Origin: Centroscyllium fabricii
Taxonomy: Eukaryota
DNA: 64,000 nt
Reading direction: 5' to 3'
Assembly: GCA_051313645.2 (NCBI GenBank)
Contig: JBNRSN020000025.1
Span: 30,132,001-30,196,000, forward strand
The notes under the pieces were generated by a model. The model searched no databases. It saw only the letters and a list, made by a program, of their open reading frames with translations, and was not told the DNA's origin. The translations under genes were made by a program, and so were the position numbers. Below are positions 36,846 to 49,340 of this stretch, piece after piece (the first letter of the stretch is position 1; each line of letters starts with the position of its first letter).

Positions 36846-39800
36846 TTCTGGCTTTCTGCATTGATGCTGCTAAACCAGAGGCAGAATCAGACCCATGAAA
36901 AGCAGGGCCAAGATTTAGCAGTTTCAGTGAAGGCAGCCAGCACATGGACACTGATCTCCTGAATTAAACAAGGAGCAGCTCCGCAAGTGTGATGAGTGAT
37001 GGAACAGTTTTGGGTGACTCTCCCTTTGATTGTCACTGGCTGCAAGTGCAAATTGGGCAACGAGTGGGCTGTACGTTCTCCCAGAGACGTTTGCTAGGAC
37101 AAGATAGGGGCTACAAGTCAAAGGAATTTCTTTTTAATTTGTTCCTGGGATGTGGGCATCGCTGGCAAAGCCAGCATTTGTTGCCCACCCCAATTGCCCG
37201 AGGCAAGATGGTGGTGAGCTGCCTTCTTGAACCGCTGCAGTCCCTGTGGTGAAGGTGCTCCCACAGTGCTGTTAGGGAGGGAGTTCTAGGATTTTGAGCC
37301 AGCGACGACGAAGGATCGGCAATATAGTTCCAAGTCAGGACGGCGTGTTACTTGGAGGGGAACTTGCAGGTGATGGTGTTCCCATGCACCTGCTGCCCTT
37401 GTCCTTCTAGGTGGAAGAGGTCGTGGTATTGTTGCTAATTGACCTGAAATAAGTGCAAAACCACCCAAGAGGGGCCAACAGGCTGAATGGCAAAACAGCT
37501 AGCAAGGGAATAAATAAGAATAAAATGGGATTTTGCATCCATACAGGCCAATCCTTTCCTTAACTTTGGAATCTTCCAGTCCCTTTCTGCGCCAGCCACG
37601 TATCAAGCCAGTCACAAAGATACCCAAGTGTAACATGCGGTCCCATTCAGAGGGATAATTCACCCTGAAGTTTCCTGGGTTTGGCTGTCAAATCAAGATC
37701 TTACTTCACTTTGACAATCCTTAGTCAATCCCAGGAGCCTGTAAATTGCTCTGTGATTATAATTTATTGCACCAACCGCTGATGCATTCATAGCAAATTC
37801 CTGTCTGCCATTTTGATAGCAGAGTTGACCCATTTAAGGTGAACAAGCTAATGCCTCTGTAAAAATAGTTAAGAGAGGAATTGGGTACAAATACCTTACC
37901 CATTCATAGCATGGTACAGAACTGTGGGTTATCCAGGATATAACATTGGGGTTTATTGGCACTCAGCCAGCTCCTGTCATTATCTTTGTGGTCAGTGTTG
38001 GTGATTAACAATTTATTGACTTGTCGTTAGTGTTTTAATGTGCGCAACTTGCCAGAATTGAAAGGAGAAAGACAATTTCTCTCTCTTTACCTTTCAAGCC
38101 ATGCATTAAAAACAACGGTGCAAAATCAGTAAATCACAAGTGGCGGCAAGATTGTGTGAGGGCAGCAGAACTATCTTTCCCCGCAATTCAGCAGGGTACG
38201 GCTGGTGGCAAGAGTCTATTGCACAGTATTTACAGCACAGAAACAGGCCACTGGGCCCAGCAAGTCCATGCCGGTGTTTATGCTCCACACAAGTCCACCT
38301 TCCGTATTTGGGCAACAGAACGATCTGAGTCGGGGAAGATATTGGAGTGAGTTTTACGATTCGGTGTTTCCAATGCACGGCTTCACGTGACGGGAGCGAA
38401 ATCAGACTTGGGGGCAGCCGTTACTGGATAGAAAGCCACCCAGGCCCGCGAACAGGACAGGCCGACATTGGCACCCGAATTCCCAATGGGAGCTCCCACC
38501 GCACGAAGCTTCATGTCGGGTGTAATTTATCCCGTGGTGAGGTGACGTTCACTGGAAACGGTGCGTTAACATTGCTCCTCGCTGACGACCACAACCCCCA
38601 CGTGTGAGCGCCTTTTCCACGAGTGAGAGTAGAAGGATAGTGCACAGCTCTCTGCTGTTGTGTGGTGCTTTCTGCTCTAGAAGTGTTATTGAGATAGGTT
38701 TTAAAACTCTTCCATTTCCACACACTGGAGCGGGAAAGCCCCTTTTCTCACTGGCGTGAATCATCAGCTGCAGCATCTTGCAAAGCCCCATTGAACAGGA
38801 TTATAGGACCTGCGTGTGATCCTGCACCCCTCGCGATCCACTAGCCTGCCCAAGATGCTCGCCACTAATAATGACCTCAATAAAAGAATGAGTGTTTGTG
38901 TAATCTAGTTCGGAGGGGCACAAATGATGGGCCTGGCTCCTGGCTCAAGTCTTCAATTAGTTTCAATTTCACACTTTTCGTCAAATTCACAAGCCTCAGG
39001 CTTGTTCCTCAAAATCTACTCCCGTCGCTGAACCGATCGGCCTCTTGCATTAAAGCCAGGTCCCAGGATGCTGCCAGTCTTGTTGTGACATCAGCAGGCG
39101 TCTCATACAAGCGTTTGTCATCCTCACCAGTATTTAACCGGGTCCCCCGCCCTCGATCTAATTTGCCTGACTTGTCGCCTTTGTCAGCTCAAGGTTGGGC
39201 ATCTCAGCACGTTAAGGCCTCAGGTGCCACATGACACGGGTCACAGCAATAGGAGGGGATGTGTTGCAGTGTTCAGTGTGCATGACGACACTGTAAGTGC
39301 GTTCAGAAATAACCTGTTCATAGAATCGCCACACACTGGACACCGGCAATTCCTCCCCAGTATCACCCAGTGCCTTATACAGTAACAATACTCCCCCCAA
39401 TATGCATTTGGTAAACATCATGACTGCAAGAACTTAAAAATATTAGTGACAGTGTAGAGATGCAACAAGACTAGAAATCCATAACAACAGGCCAGCTCAC
39501 ACATGACATAACAGGATCATATAATTTCACATATCACACGCTAATTTGACTGCACGTTGATAGAAATCGGGTTGTCCATTTAATATTTCATTTAACCACA
39601 ACTCATTTGTGACTGAGGACAAAGAGACCCAAACAAGCCAATGAATTCCTTGGAAGTTGTGTACTTTGAGCAATCTTTCAGTCATTTGTTTAAAGCTGCA
39701 ATATATTATATCAAACAAATGGCCCGTGCAGAAATCTACTAAGAAGAAATAAATGGTAATACAACAGGTCGTTTTTTTTATTGTGAGGGGCCAAGGCGGA

Positions 39801-40153
39801 CTAAGCGCGGCACTACATCGAGGGCCCAAGGGCCTGTACAGTGCTGTATGTTCTATGTTAACTAAGGGTAAAAGAAGTAGGAGAGAAGTTGGGACCGATC
39901 AAGAATTAAACTAATTGGATACGTTTCCGTGGCATTGCTCATGGGTAGTCTGGGGTCCGGATGTTTAGCTGCTCAGGTGGGGCCGAGTTTAACCTGGCCT
40001 GTCCCTTTAAGGCCACTGCTCAGGTACGTCTTGTGATGAAGTGAACTAAGCAGACACCTCCTGAGGCAAATTGGAGTCAATAGCTGAGGCAAGTTTCTGT
40101 CTATTGGCAGCAGCTTCTAAATCCTCAGCTCCTTCTGTTGCGGAGAGGCCAGG

Positions 40154-40527
40154 GGGACGACACGGTGGCGCAGTGGATAGCACTGCTGCCTCGCAATAAG
40201 GAGCTCCTGGGTTCGAATCCTGCTTGGCCCGGGACCTCTCTGCGTTGAGTTTGCATGTTCTCCCCGTGTTCGTGTGAGTTTCCTCCGGGTACTCCGGTTT
40301 CCTCCCACCACCCAAAGACATGCAGGAATTGGAGATACTAAAAAAAAATATTGCCCATGAGTATGTGTGTGAGATACAGTTTTTAGAGTTGGGGGTGTCG
40401 GGGGATATGGGGTGAGGGTAGGAGGGGGTGGCTGGGTTTGGATGATCAGCCATGATCTCATCAAAAATGGCGGAGCAGGCGCGAAGGGCCGAATGGCCTA
40501 CTCCTGCTCCTATCTTCTGTGTCTGTG
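40154..40527 (+). mobile_element. V-SINE, divergent subfamily, long tail
   Basis: tRNA head with ggttcgaatcc, V-domain, a different middle segment and the same CR1 tail. Confidence 0.8.
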
Positions 40528-42045
40528 TTAAACTTAAGTGACATCAAGCTTGGGTTTCAATGGTCTGTAGATTACAGGAGGATGGGGAGACTGAAAGAGT
40601 TTGGGGAGTTCCTGGGAAAGAATGTGTTAGTGTTGGAGATGGTGTGATAAGTCTGTGGGGGTGGGGGAGATCATTTTAACCGAACCCTATTAGCAGGAAA
40701 TGGGCGGCCAATCTGATCTCATCCCATCAGTTTCCCACTGAGCAGATTAGGTTAAAATGACCCCTTGATTTCACCAGAGTGAGGCTGTAGGTAAGAAGAG
40801 GTGTGTGCGGGACAGGATAGTTGGAATTTCAGGAGGAACAAGAGACAACTGTTTAGAGAAACAATAATCATAGTAGTATCAATACAATAGAGAGAGAGAC
40901 AAGGACGATTATAATGGAGACAACTGGAGTGGTGAACTCTTAGTGTGACTGAGATACATCTTATTCAGACTGATTCAGAAAGGGGAAGTACCTGGGGAAG
41001 AGAAGGAATGTCCCTTTCTACACTGTGTTGGTCGGGTGAGGGGGTGGGGATTAGTCATACTTCAGTAAGGGGGAGCGCCTCCGTTGTACTGACACTTGAA
41101 GACCGCAGTCAATTTGGATCAAGCTGAACAATCAAATCTCCAGGGGAATTGCTCACAGTTGCTAAGATGGAGCAGAGTTTAACCTGGCCTGATCTTTAAA
41201 GGCCACTGCTCAGGTACTTCATGTGGGTAAGAGGTCTAGGTGAGCACAGCAGAGATCAATTAGAGGCTTATTGTAGAGGGAAGTATCAGTAGGTTGGCAG
41301 CTCCTTCTAAATCCTTGGCTCATGCCCTTCAAGGCTTTGGTTATATTGCTCAGAAGTGTGTCCATTTTGTCTGCTAACACGCCTGTGAAGTGCCTTGGGG
41401 TGTTTTACTGTGTTAATGCTATGAATGCAAGTTGTTGTTTTGTGCAATCTTCTAAGTGTAGTCACTAACTCTTTCTGTACTGGGGAATGTCTATCAGCTA
41501 AATTGGTATACAGTGACCCAGTGTTGTACTGCAGTCAGAGCATATTGAATCTGCATGTGAGAATGAGTGGAAGTGCCTGGGGTACGTTGGGTGCTCTCTG
41601 ATTTATTTATTAATTCACGGGATGTGGGCACCGCTGTCTAATAAGCATTTCACTGTCTAGATTGTATTTAGTACAGGTGACAATAAAATGGAACTTGAAC
41701 TTGGCAAGGTCAGCATTTATTGCCCATCCCCAGTTGCCCTGGAGAAGGTGGTGGTGAGCTACCTTTTTGACCTGCTGCAGTCTGTGTGGTGATGGTACTC
41801 CCACAGTGCTGTTAGGGAGGGTGTTCCAGGATTTTGACCCAGCGACGATGAAGGAACGGCGATATATTTCCAAGTCAGGATGGTGTGTAACTTGGAAGAG
41901 TACTTGGAGGTGGTGGGGTTCCCATGCGCCTGCTGCTCTTGTTCTTGCTCTTTGACCATGCACATGGCACCCACGAGGGCACTAATGTGGCCCAGTCCCT
42001 GACGTGGCTCTTGTTTATCCTGGCACCAACTCCGCTACATGTGAT

Positions 42046-42369
42046 TCATAGAATCATAGAATCATAGAATCCCTACAGTGCAGATAGAAGCCATATCGGC
42101 CCATCGAGCCTGCACCGGCACATATCCCACCCTATCCCCGTAACCCCCACATATTCAATCCCCCTAACACTAAGGGTCAATTTATCCTGGCCAATCAACC
42201 TAACCCGCACATCTTTGGACTGTGGGAGGAAACCGGAGCACCCGGAGGAAACCCACGCAGACACGGGGAGAATGTGCAAACTCCACACAGATAGTCACCC
42301 GAGGCCGGATTTGAACCCGGGCCCCTGGCACTGTGAGGCAACAGTGCTAACCACTATGCCACCGTGCCG
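42046..42369 (-). mobile_element. V-SINE, short tail
   Basis: Reverse complement of the 33958-34278 type, with a (CATAGAAT)n tail on the plus strand. Confidence 0.9.
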
Positions 42370-44357
42370 ATTGAGGGAGGTTACGGGGCACTTTAGGGGG
42401 TGGATTAGGAACCACTGTGACAGGTGGACACCAATGGATTCATGAAATAAATGATTCAGCAGAGAAACATTTTGGGGTTTAGTTTCTTCTGTGTGCCATT
42501 TTTAGTTTGTTAAAGTCCTGGCCACACTATTTGAACATGCATGTTCATTGAAAATAAGTAACTGTATTAAAATATGCTGGGTAGAATCATTAACCAGTGC
42601 GTTAAAAACTGTGCAGAGTGTAAATGAAACCCCTCTATAGTAACTACTGCTGTGAATAATAGTGTAAGTGCAACTGTCTTCCTGTGATCACTCATGTACT
42701 GGCTAGGCCTGTTGTAAGCAGAATAAGTGTAGCCACCCTTCTTGTGAACAATAGTGCAAATGGAGCATCTTGCACTGATAGTAGTGTCACCAGCACCACC
42801 CTGCTATGAACAGCAGTGTAAGTAGGGTTACACTATTTCTTGCACAATTAGTACCTGCAGCAAATTATCCTCCAGCCCCAGTGTAAACACGGGGGCCAGG
42901 GGTTATAGACAAGAACAAAGGGTGAAAAAGGTCTCGGGTTCCATCTCTAGACTGTGCTAAATTAGCTCTCTCTCAGTCAAGTAGGAGTATGGGGTATTAT
43001 AAATGTTCTAAAGACTCCCTCGTTTAGGGTGTGGGGCGGGGGAAGCACATACCAGGGTGACTGCACCTGAACACTATCTGTGACTCATGCCGGAAAATGC
43101 ACGTGTGTGGATTTTGGGTCGAGGGACAAGACTGAGCTCGGCTTTGCCGCCCTACACAGTCAAATAGCTGGCCAACATTCGCGGCTTAAGACTCACACGT
43201 GAAGACCAGCCATTGTCTTCGTGAGGGCTGAGGTGTCCGTGGAACTGTACCTCAGCAAGAGTTAGTGTCTGAACTCGATGAAGAGCGGTTGGGGGGGGGG
43301 GGGGGGGGGGCGGTAGGTGTGGAAAGCATTCCTATTTTTGCAAATTGTCTGGGAAAAGATCGATAATTTTCTATAACATGCTGCAGCTTTAAATGCGACC
43401 AATCATTTTGATTTTAGCCTGTGACATCAGCCATTTGCATGCAGTCATTCCAAACTGGGTAATCCATTGTTATTGTTCAACTCGGGCTGGAAAACCTCAC
43501 GGGGAGCTAGCATACTCGCAGGGGTGCTTCTGCGAGCTGGCTCATGGGATGCAACACCAAGCTCTCGGGAATTTCGGGAAAAAGCAAGCCGTCACCGTGA
43601 AGAGATACCGTCTGCGTTAACTCGTTATTTCTCCGGCACGGGCTTTCGCCCGCTGGGAGGGCGGCTTCTGGTCAGAATGTGTCGGAGGCACTTCCTGTTT
43701 CTATTTTCGAATAAAGTGCGATTCCCGCTTCAGTGCTGAAGTTACGAGGAGCGTTGGACTGGCGGCCAGCTCTCCTACATCACCTCTGAGCACTGATGTT
43801 CTCTGCAAATCAAATCATGAAACGTTGACAGCACCACGAGATGCCGGGTGGACGTTTCTGGATTTAAAAGTTAAACATCATAAATAGTCAGGTTTATTTT
43901 TTATTATTAGAGATATGAACCAGCAGAGTAAGTACCATTTTTATAAACACTCCTTTACCACAGTCAGGATCTTCAATGGATTGTGACAACGAAGATAGAA
44001 AAGGTCGTCTTTTTAAAAATATATTTTTCCCAGGTAATTAATAGCAAGAACTAAAGAAATTGAATTGCACTTGAGAAACACGCCTCTCCCCCACTCCACA
44101 CCGGCACTTCCATCAGCTAAAGGTGATGGTGAGGAAAGCTGAGGGCTAGGCTATGATGCCCCACTATCAAATAGCTTGCTAATGTGCATGCTTTGGCAAC
44201 AACGGTTGATACCATTCATGCCAATAAAGCTTTTTGAATTGTGAATTGTGAATTGCATGGTCACATATGAGAAATAGGCTCTTGAGTGAGGAACTGGGGA
44301 GGTGGCGGGGGCGACTAGACCTCAGCAAGGAAAATATTTCCAATGATCAATGAGCTT

Positions 44358-46555
44358 GGGGGGAGTGGGATGGTGGGGGGAGTGGGGTGGTATGGGGGAG
44401 TGGGGTGGTATGGGGGAGTGGGGTGGAGAGGTGTGAGGGGGAGTGGGGTGGTGTGAGGGGGAGTGGGGTGGTGTGAGGGGGGAGTGGGGTGGTGTGGGGG
44501 GGAGGTGTGGGGGGAATGGCGTGGTGTGGGGGGAATGGGGGGTGGGGTGGTGTGGGGGGAGTGGGGTGGTGTGGGGGGAGTGGGGTGGTGTGGGGGGGAG
44601 TGGAGTGGTGTGGGGGGGAGTGGAGTGGTGTGGGGGGGGGGTGGGGTGGTGTGGGAGGAGTGGGTGGCGTGGGGGGGGTGGGGTGGAGAGGTGTGAGGGG
44701 GAGTGGGGTGGCGTGGGGGGGAGTGGGGTGGCGTGGGGGGGAGTGGGGTGGCGTGGGGTGGTGTGGGGGGGGTGGGGTGGTGTGGGGGAGTGGGGTGGTG
44801 TGGGGGGGGTGGGGTGGTGTGGGGGAGTGGGGTGGTGTGGGGGGGGGGAGTGGGGTGGTGTGGGGGGGGGGTGGGGTGGGGTGGTGTGGGGGAGTGGGGT
44901 GGTGTGGGGGGGAGTGGCGTGGTGTGGGGGGGAGTGGCGTGGTGTGGGGGGGGGGTGGGGTGGTGTGGGAGGAGTGGGGGGGGTGGGGTGGTGTGGGAGG
45001 AGTGGGGGGGGTGGGGTGGTGTGGGGGAGTGGGGTGGTGTGGGGGGGAGTGGAGTGGTGTGGGGTGGTGTGGGGAGTGGGGTGGTGTGGGGGGGGGGTGG
45101 GGTGGTGTGGGGGGGGGTGGTGTGGGGGGGGTGGGGTGGTGTGGGGGGAAGTGGAGTGGTGTGGGGGGGAGTGGGGTGGTGTGGGGGGAATGGGGGGGTG
45201 GGGTGGTGTGGGCGGAATGGGGTGGTGGAGGGGAATGGGGGGGTGGGGTGGTGTGGGGGGAGTGGGGTGGGGTGATAGGGGGAGTGGAGTGGTGTGGGGG
45301 AGTGGGGTGGTGTGGGGGGGAGTGGAGTGGTGTGGGGGGGGTGGGGTGATGTGGGGAGTGGGGTGGTGTGGGGGCGGTGGGGTGGTGTGGGGGAGTGGGG
45401 TGGTGTGGGGGAGTGGGGTGGTGTGGGGGAGTGGGGTGGTGTGGGGGGGAGTGGGGTGGTGGAGGGGAATGGGGGAGTGGGGTGGTGGAGGGGAATGGGG
45501 GGGTGGGGTGGTGTGGGGGAATGGGGTGGTGGAGGGGAATGGGGGGTGGAGGGGAATGGGGGGTGGGGTGGGGTGGTGTGGGAGGGGTGGGGTGGTGTGG
45601 GAGGAGTGGGGTGGTGTGGTGGTGTGGGGGGGAATGGGGTGGTGGAGGGGAATGGGGGGGTGGAGGGGAATGGGGGGTGGAGGGGAATTGGGGGGTGGAG
45701 GGGAATAGGGGGGTGGGGTGGTGTGGGGGGAGTGGGGTGGTGTGGGGGGGAGTGGAGTGGTGTGGGGGGGGGGGGTGTGGGGGGGAGTGGAGTGGTGTGG
45801 GGGGGGGTGGTGTGGGGGAGTGGGGTGGTGTGGGGGGGAGTGGGGGCTGGGTGGTGTGGGGGAAATGGGGGAGTGGTGTGGTGTGGGGGGAATGGGGGGT
45901 GGTGTGGTGTGGGGGGAATGGGGGGTGGGGTGGTGTGGGGGGAATGGGGGTGTGGGGTGGTGTGGGGGGAATGGGGTGGTGGAGGGGAATGGGGTGGTGG
46001 GGTGGTGGAGGGGAATGGGGTGGTGGAGGGTAGTGGGGTGGTGGGGGGAGTGGGGTGTGGGTGGGGTGGTGGGGGCTGTGGGGTGGGGGGGAGTGGGATG
46101 GTGGGGGGGAGGTGGGGGGGGTAGTGGGGTGGTGGGGGGGGAGTGGGGTGGTGGGGGGGGAGTGGGGTGGTGGGGGGGGAGTGGGGTGGTGGGGGGGGAG
46201 TGGGGTGGTGGGGGGGAGTGGGGTGGTGGGGGGGAGTGGGGTGGTGGGGGGAGTGGGGTGCTGGGGGGGAGTGGGGTGCTGGGGGGAGTGGGGTGGTGGG
46301 GGGAGTGGGTGGTGGGGGGGGAGTGGGGTGGTGGGGGGGGGGGGGGAGTGGGTTGGTGGGGGGGGAGTGGGGTGCTGGGGGGGGAGTGGGGTGGTGGGGG
46401 GGAGTGGGGTGGTGGGGGGGGAGTGGGGTGGTGGGGGGGAGTGGGGTGGTGGGGGGGGAGTGGGGTGGGGGAGTGGGATGGTGGGGGGAGTGGGTTGGTG
46501 GGGGGAGTGGGGTGGTGGGGGGGATTGGAGCGGTGGGGGAGTAGTGGGGTGGGGA
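44358..46555. repeat. 2.2-kb G-rich simple repeat with G-quadruplex potential
   Basis: Variants of GGGGGGAGTGGGGTGGTGT with almost no C on the plus strand. Confidence 0.95.
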
Positions 46556-48006
46556 AGTCAATGGGTGAGCACTCTATCCTTTCACCCCTGGATCAGGCCA
46601 GACTGTAAATGAGGATGTACGTCTCCTCTGTCAGCTGATTGTAAAGGTTCTACGTGAATTAAGCCAGGACATTCTCAATCCACTTCCAAATGGACAGAGC
46701 CCTACTTTGGGGCTCACTGGCATGGAATTGGCATTCTCACTCTGAGGCCACCGGATGGTTGGTGTGGGAAATGGAATGATGTCATACTGGTGCAATAGGG
46801 GGCACTTTAAGTTTGGGAAAAAAGCCACAATGTTGGGGCAGAGAACATAAGAATGTAAGAATTAGGAGCAGGAGTCGGCCATACAGCCCTTCAAGCCTGC
46901 TCCGCCATTCAATAAGATCATGGCTGATCTTTGACCTCAACTCCTCGTTCCCGCCCAATCTCCATTTCCTTTTACTTTGCATCTAGCCCATGCAATATCT
47001 CTGAGCTGTATCTCTGATCTGGGAATGCCTGATGCTGACACTGGGCTCCTGAAATGGAAAGTGTTCCATTTCCCAGGACACATATCCCATAAAATGTTTT
47101 ACAAAAGTTTTGGAAACATATGCTGGCTTGCCCTTATTACTAAAAAAAAAAGGGAACAGAATATAAGGGAAGATCAAGCATTATAAGTGGTGTTTGCTGG
47201 GACTGTGAGAGCGACCTGAAGAATCTCTGTTGGACATCCTTCTGAAATAAAAGGCAGATCAGCTGCAACCGGTACACCGTTTACTTCATGAATGAACTAC
47301 TCGATTCACAGGAGGCACTGTCCTAGCCACCCTCTTTCTGGGAAACCCTCATTAAAATGCTGCTGCATCAGAATGACATCATCTCCTCTGCCAATGTGCT
47401 GAGACTTAACACTGAGCTCCACCATTGGCATGACAACCAGGACAGGGAGGTGGGGAGGGGTGGATCAGTATTCTGAACTGAACCAACGGTAGAATACAAT
47501 GTGGTAAGGGTCGCAGCCATAGTTTGGCCTCAGACTTCAGATGGTTCTAGGTCAACTTGCAGTCTGGCGTCCACGATTGGCTTGGTTCTCCAAATGCCAA
47601 ATTTTGGATCAACAGGAACTCTGCATTGGACCTCAAACATCCAAAGATCAAATAGTCATACCCTTACGTATAGTAGAAACATGCTGTGTGGCTTCAACGT
47701 ACAGTATCACCCTCCAAAGCACCGAACACCATGTTGAAACCCCATCATGGTCCAGTCTGGGCTCCATTTATCCTTCGTGATAATGCCAGGGGTGTCAGAG
47801 ACAATACCATTTGAGCCAGGAAGTGTACACTTCCACTCTGTTACGAGCACCATCTGGCTTTGCTTGGCTTTTCCATTCCTGAAGATCTTGGTGTCAAATC
47901 CCATGAGCCAACTGGGTTCCAAGTTAAAACATTTTTATCGGGAAACTCCTGGATGTGGTTCATATCATCCAGTATCCCACAATTCATCGCAAGTGTCATT
48001 CTGGAT

Positions 48007-48296
48007 CATGCACTAAAAACTGGCAAAATCGTTCTTCATATATATATTTTTATATATATATATAAAATAAAAAAATGTATCTTTAAGAAGCAGATTTGTT
48101 AGTATCGTGTAGAGTGTTAGTTTATTTATAGGCAACAAACGTGAGAATTGGCAGGTTAGGCTGCAGCCTCATGCAAGCAGGCACCAAGCAGAGATAGAGA
48201 GAAGCTGGCCAGCAGAAGGCTACACTCACCCTTTTGTACAGTCTACGGTCCACCAGGGGGCTTTAGACAGCAAAACAATACCAAACAGCTATTAGC
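48007..48296 (-). promoter_or_regulatory. Splicing-regulatory motif cluster flanking the 31-nt exon
   Basis: Downstream on the minus strand: UGCAUG at 48170-48175 and 48007-48012, ACUAAC at 48116-48121 and 48098-48103. Upstream: branch-point-like GCUAAU 48291-48296 and UGC within the pyrimidine tract. Confidence 0.6.
48230..48260 (-). CDS. CAMTA1: CAMTA1 31-nt cassette exon ((S)PLVDRRLYKR), frame-shifting
   Basis: ttgctgtctaaag|C CCC CTG GTG GAC CGT AGA CTG TAC AAA AGG|gtgagt. It resembles the recalled CAMTA1 peptide SPLVDHRLYKR. Confidence 0.92.
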
Positions 48297-49237
48297 AAAC
48301 CAAATGTACCATCAATTATCAGACCAAAGGCAGGTTTCAACACTTCAAACTTTGATGCAAGTTGACGTAATTTCTGCCTCCCTCCCTCCTTTTTTTTGCC
48401 GTTCTCCTTCAAAGTCCTTCACCTCCTCCAACTAGGGGAGTGGGTGAGTGGGGGTGGGGGACGAGCACTCCTCCATGGCTATCAACACCAATGTTGTCCT
48501 GTCTTGCGGACGGGTTTGGCAGAAGGTGCATGTCTGCGAGACAGTGTGGATAGTCCTCCTTCCCCTCCCGTGGCACTGCGACCAGGGCCGATGATGCTTT
48601 TCACACACACTGGTCAGTGGGTTAGAGTGAGCATGCTCAGAAACTGAATCATACTGGGGTAAGATAGCAGGTGAGCTGTCATCCTGTCACAAGGGTTTTC
48701 AAGGGCCAACCTTCCCCGTCCGGCAAACAGAATTAGCCAGCGATTCGATTACACACAAGCACACTTCTGTTTGAACTCACGGAGCAATGGTCTGTCCTCT
48801 CTCTCGCAAACCTCGACTTAAACACAGAAGGACAATTGAGGCCAATAATCGGACCTGAATATTTTTAACCACCTCTTAGGCCTTCTACTGTTGGAGGCCG
48901 CACAGTGTCCTAAAGAGGTGAGACAGCATGGCAACCCAAGCAGCTTACAGTACGTAAGCACAGAGTGTTACGATCAGAGGAATAAGAAACAGCAAGAACA
49001 CATTCACAGGAATTAAATGGAGAGAAGAGTGAGTAATATAAAAGAGTTGGCTGCTAGAGTTTAGATGCCTCTTTAACATACACAGAAAAACAAGCAATGC
49101 AGCAACGAAAGAGTTAAAATGACCAACCTCACCCCTCCTATAGATCGGTAAGAATCACATCAAACCTCGTCTGGCATGCCTTATCTGCCTGTAGAACCCA
49201 AACAATGACTCTACTGTATGCATTTTGCATGTAATTT

Positions 49238-49340
49238 ATTTATTTTATTTGCACTACTCTCGGGAGAGTCGAGTCTTCGTCTCGTTGTATTGTACTAGTA
49301 CTCTGCAATGACAATAAAACTTGAATTGAATTGAATTGAA
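49238..49340 (+). mobile_element. Short LINE 3' end with (TTGAA)n tail, possibly Rex1/Babar-type; near-identical copy at 51528-51619
   Basis: tttgcactactctcgggag...gcaatgacaataaaac(ttgaa)n occurs twice. Confidence 0.6.

Noticed and set aside
44315-46612. 748-aa Pro/His/Thr ORF and overlapping Gly/Trp/Val ORFs
   Set aside because: They are translations of the G-rich simple repeat, open in many frames because the unit lacks stops.
48880-48925. Possible extra acceptor tctcacctctttag giving RTLCGLQQ* as an alternative end
   Set aside because: No homology or transcript support, and such acceptors are common by chance.
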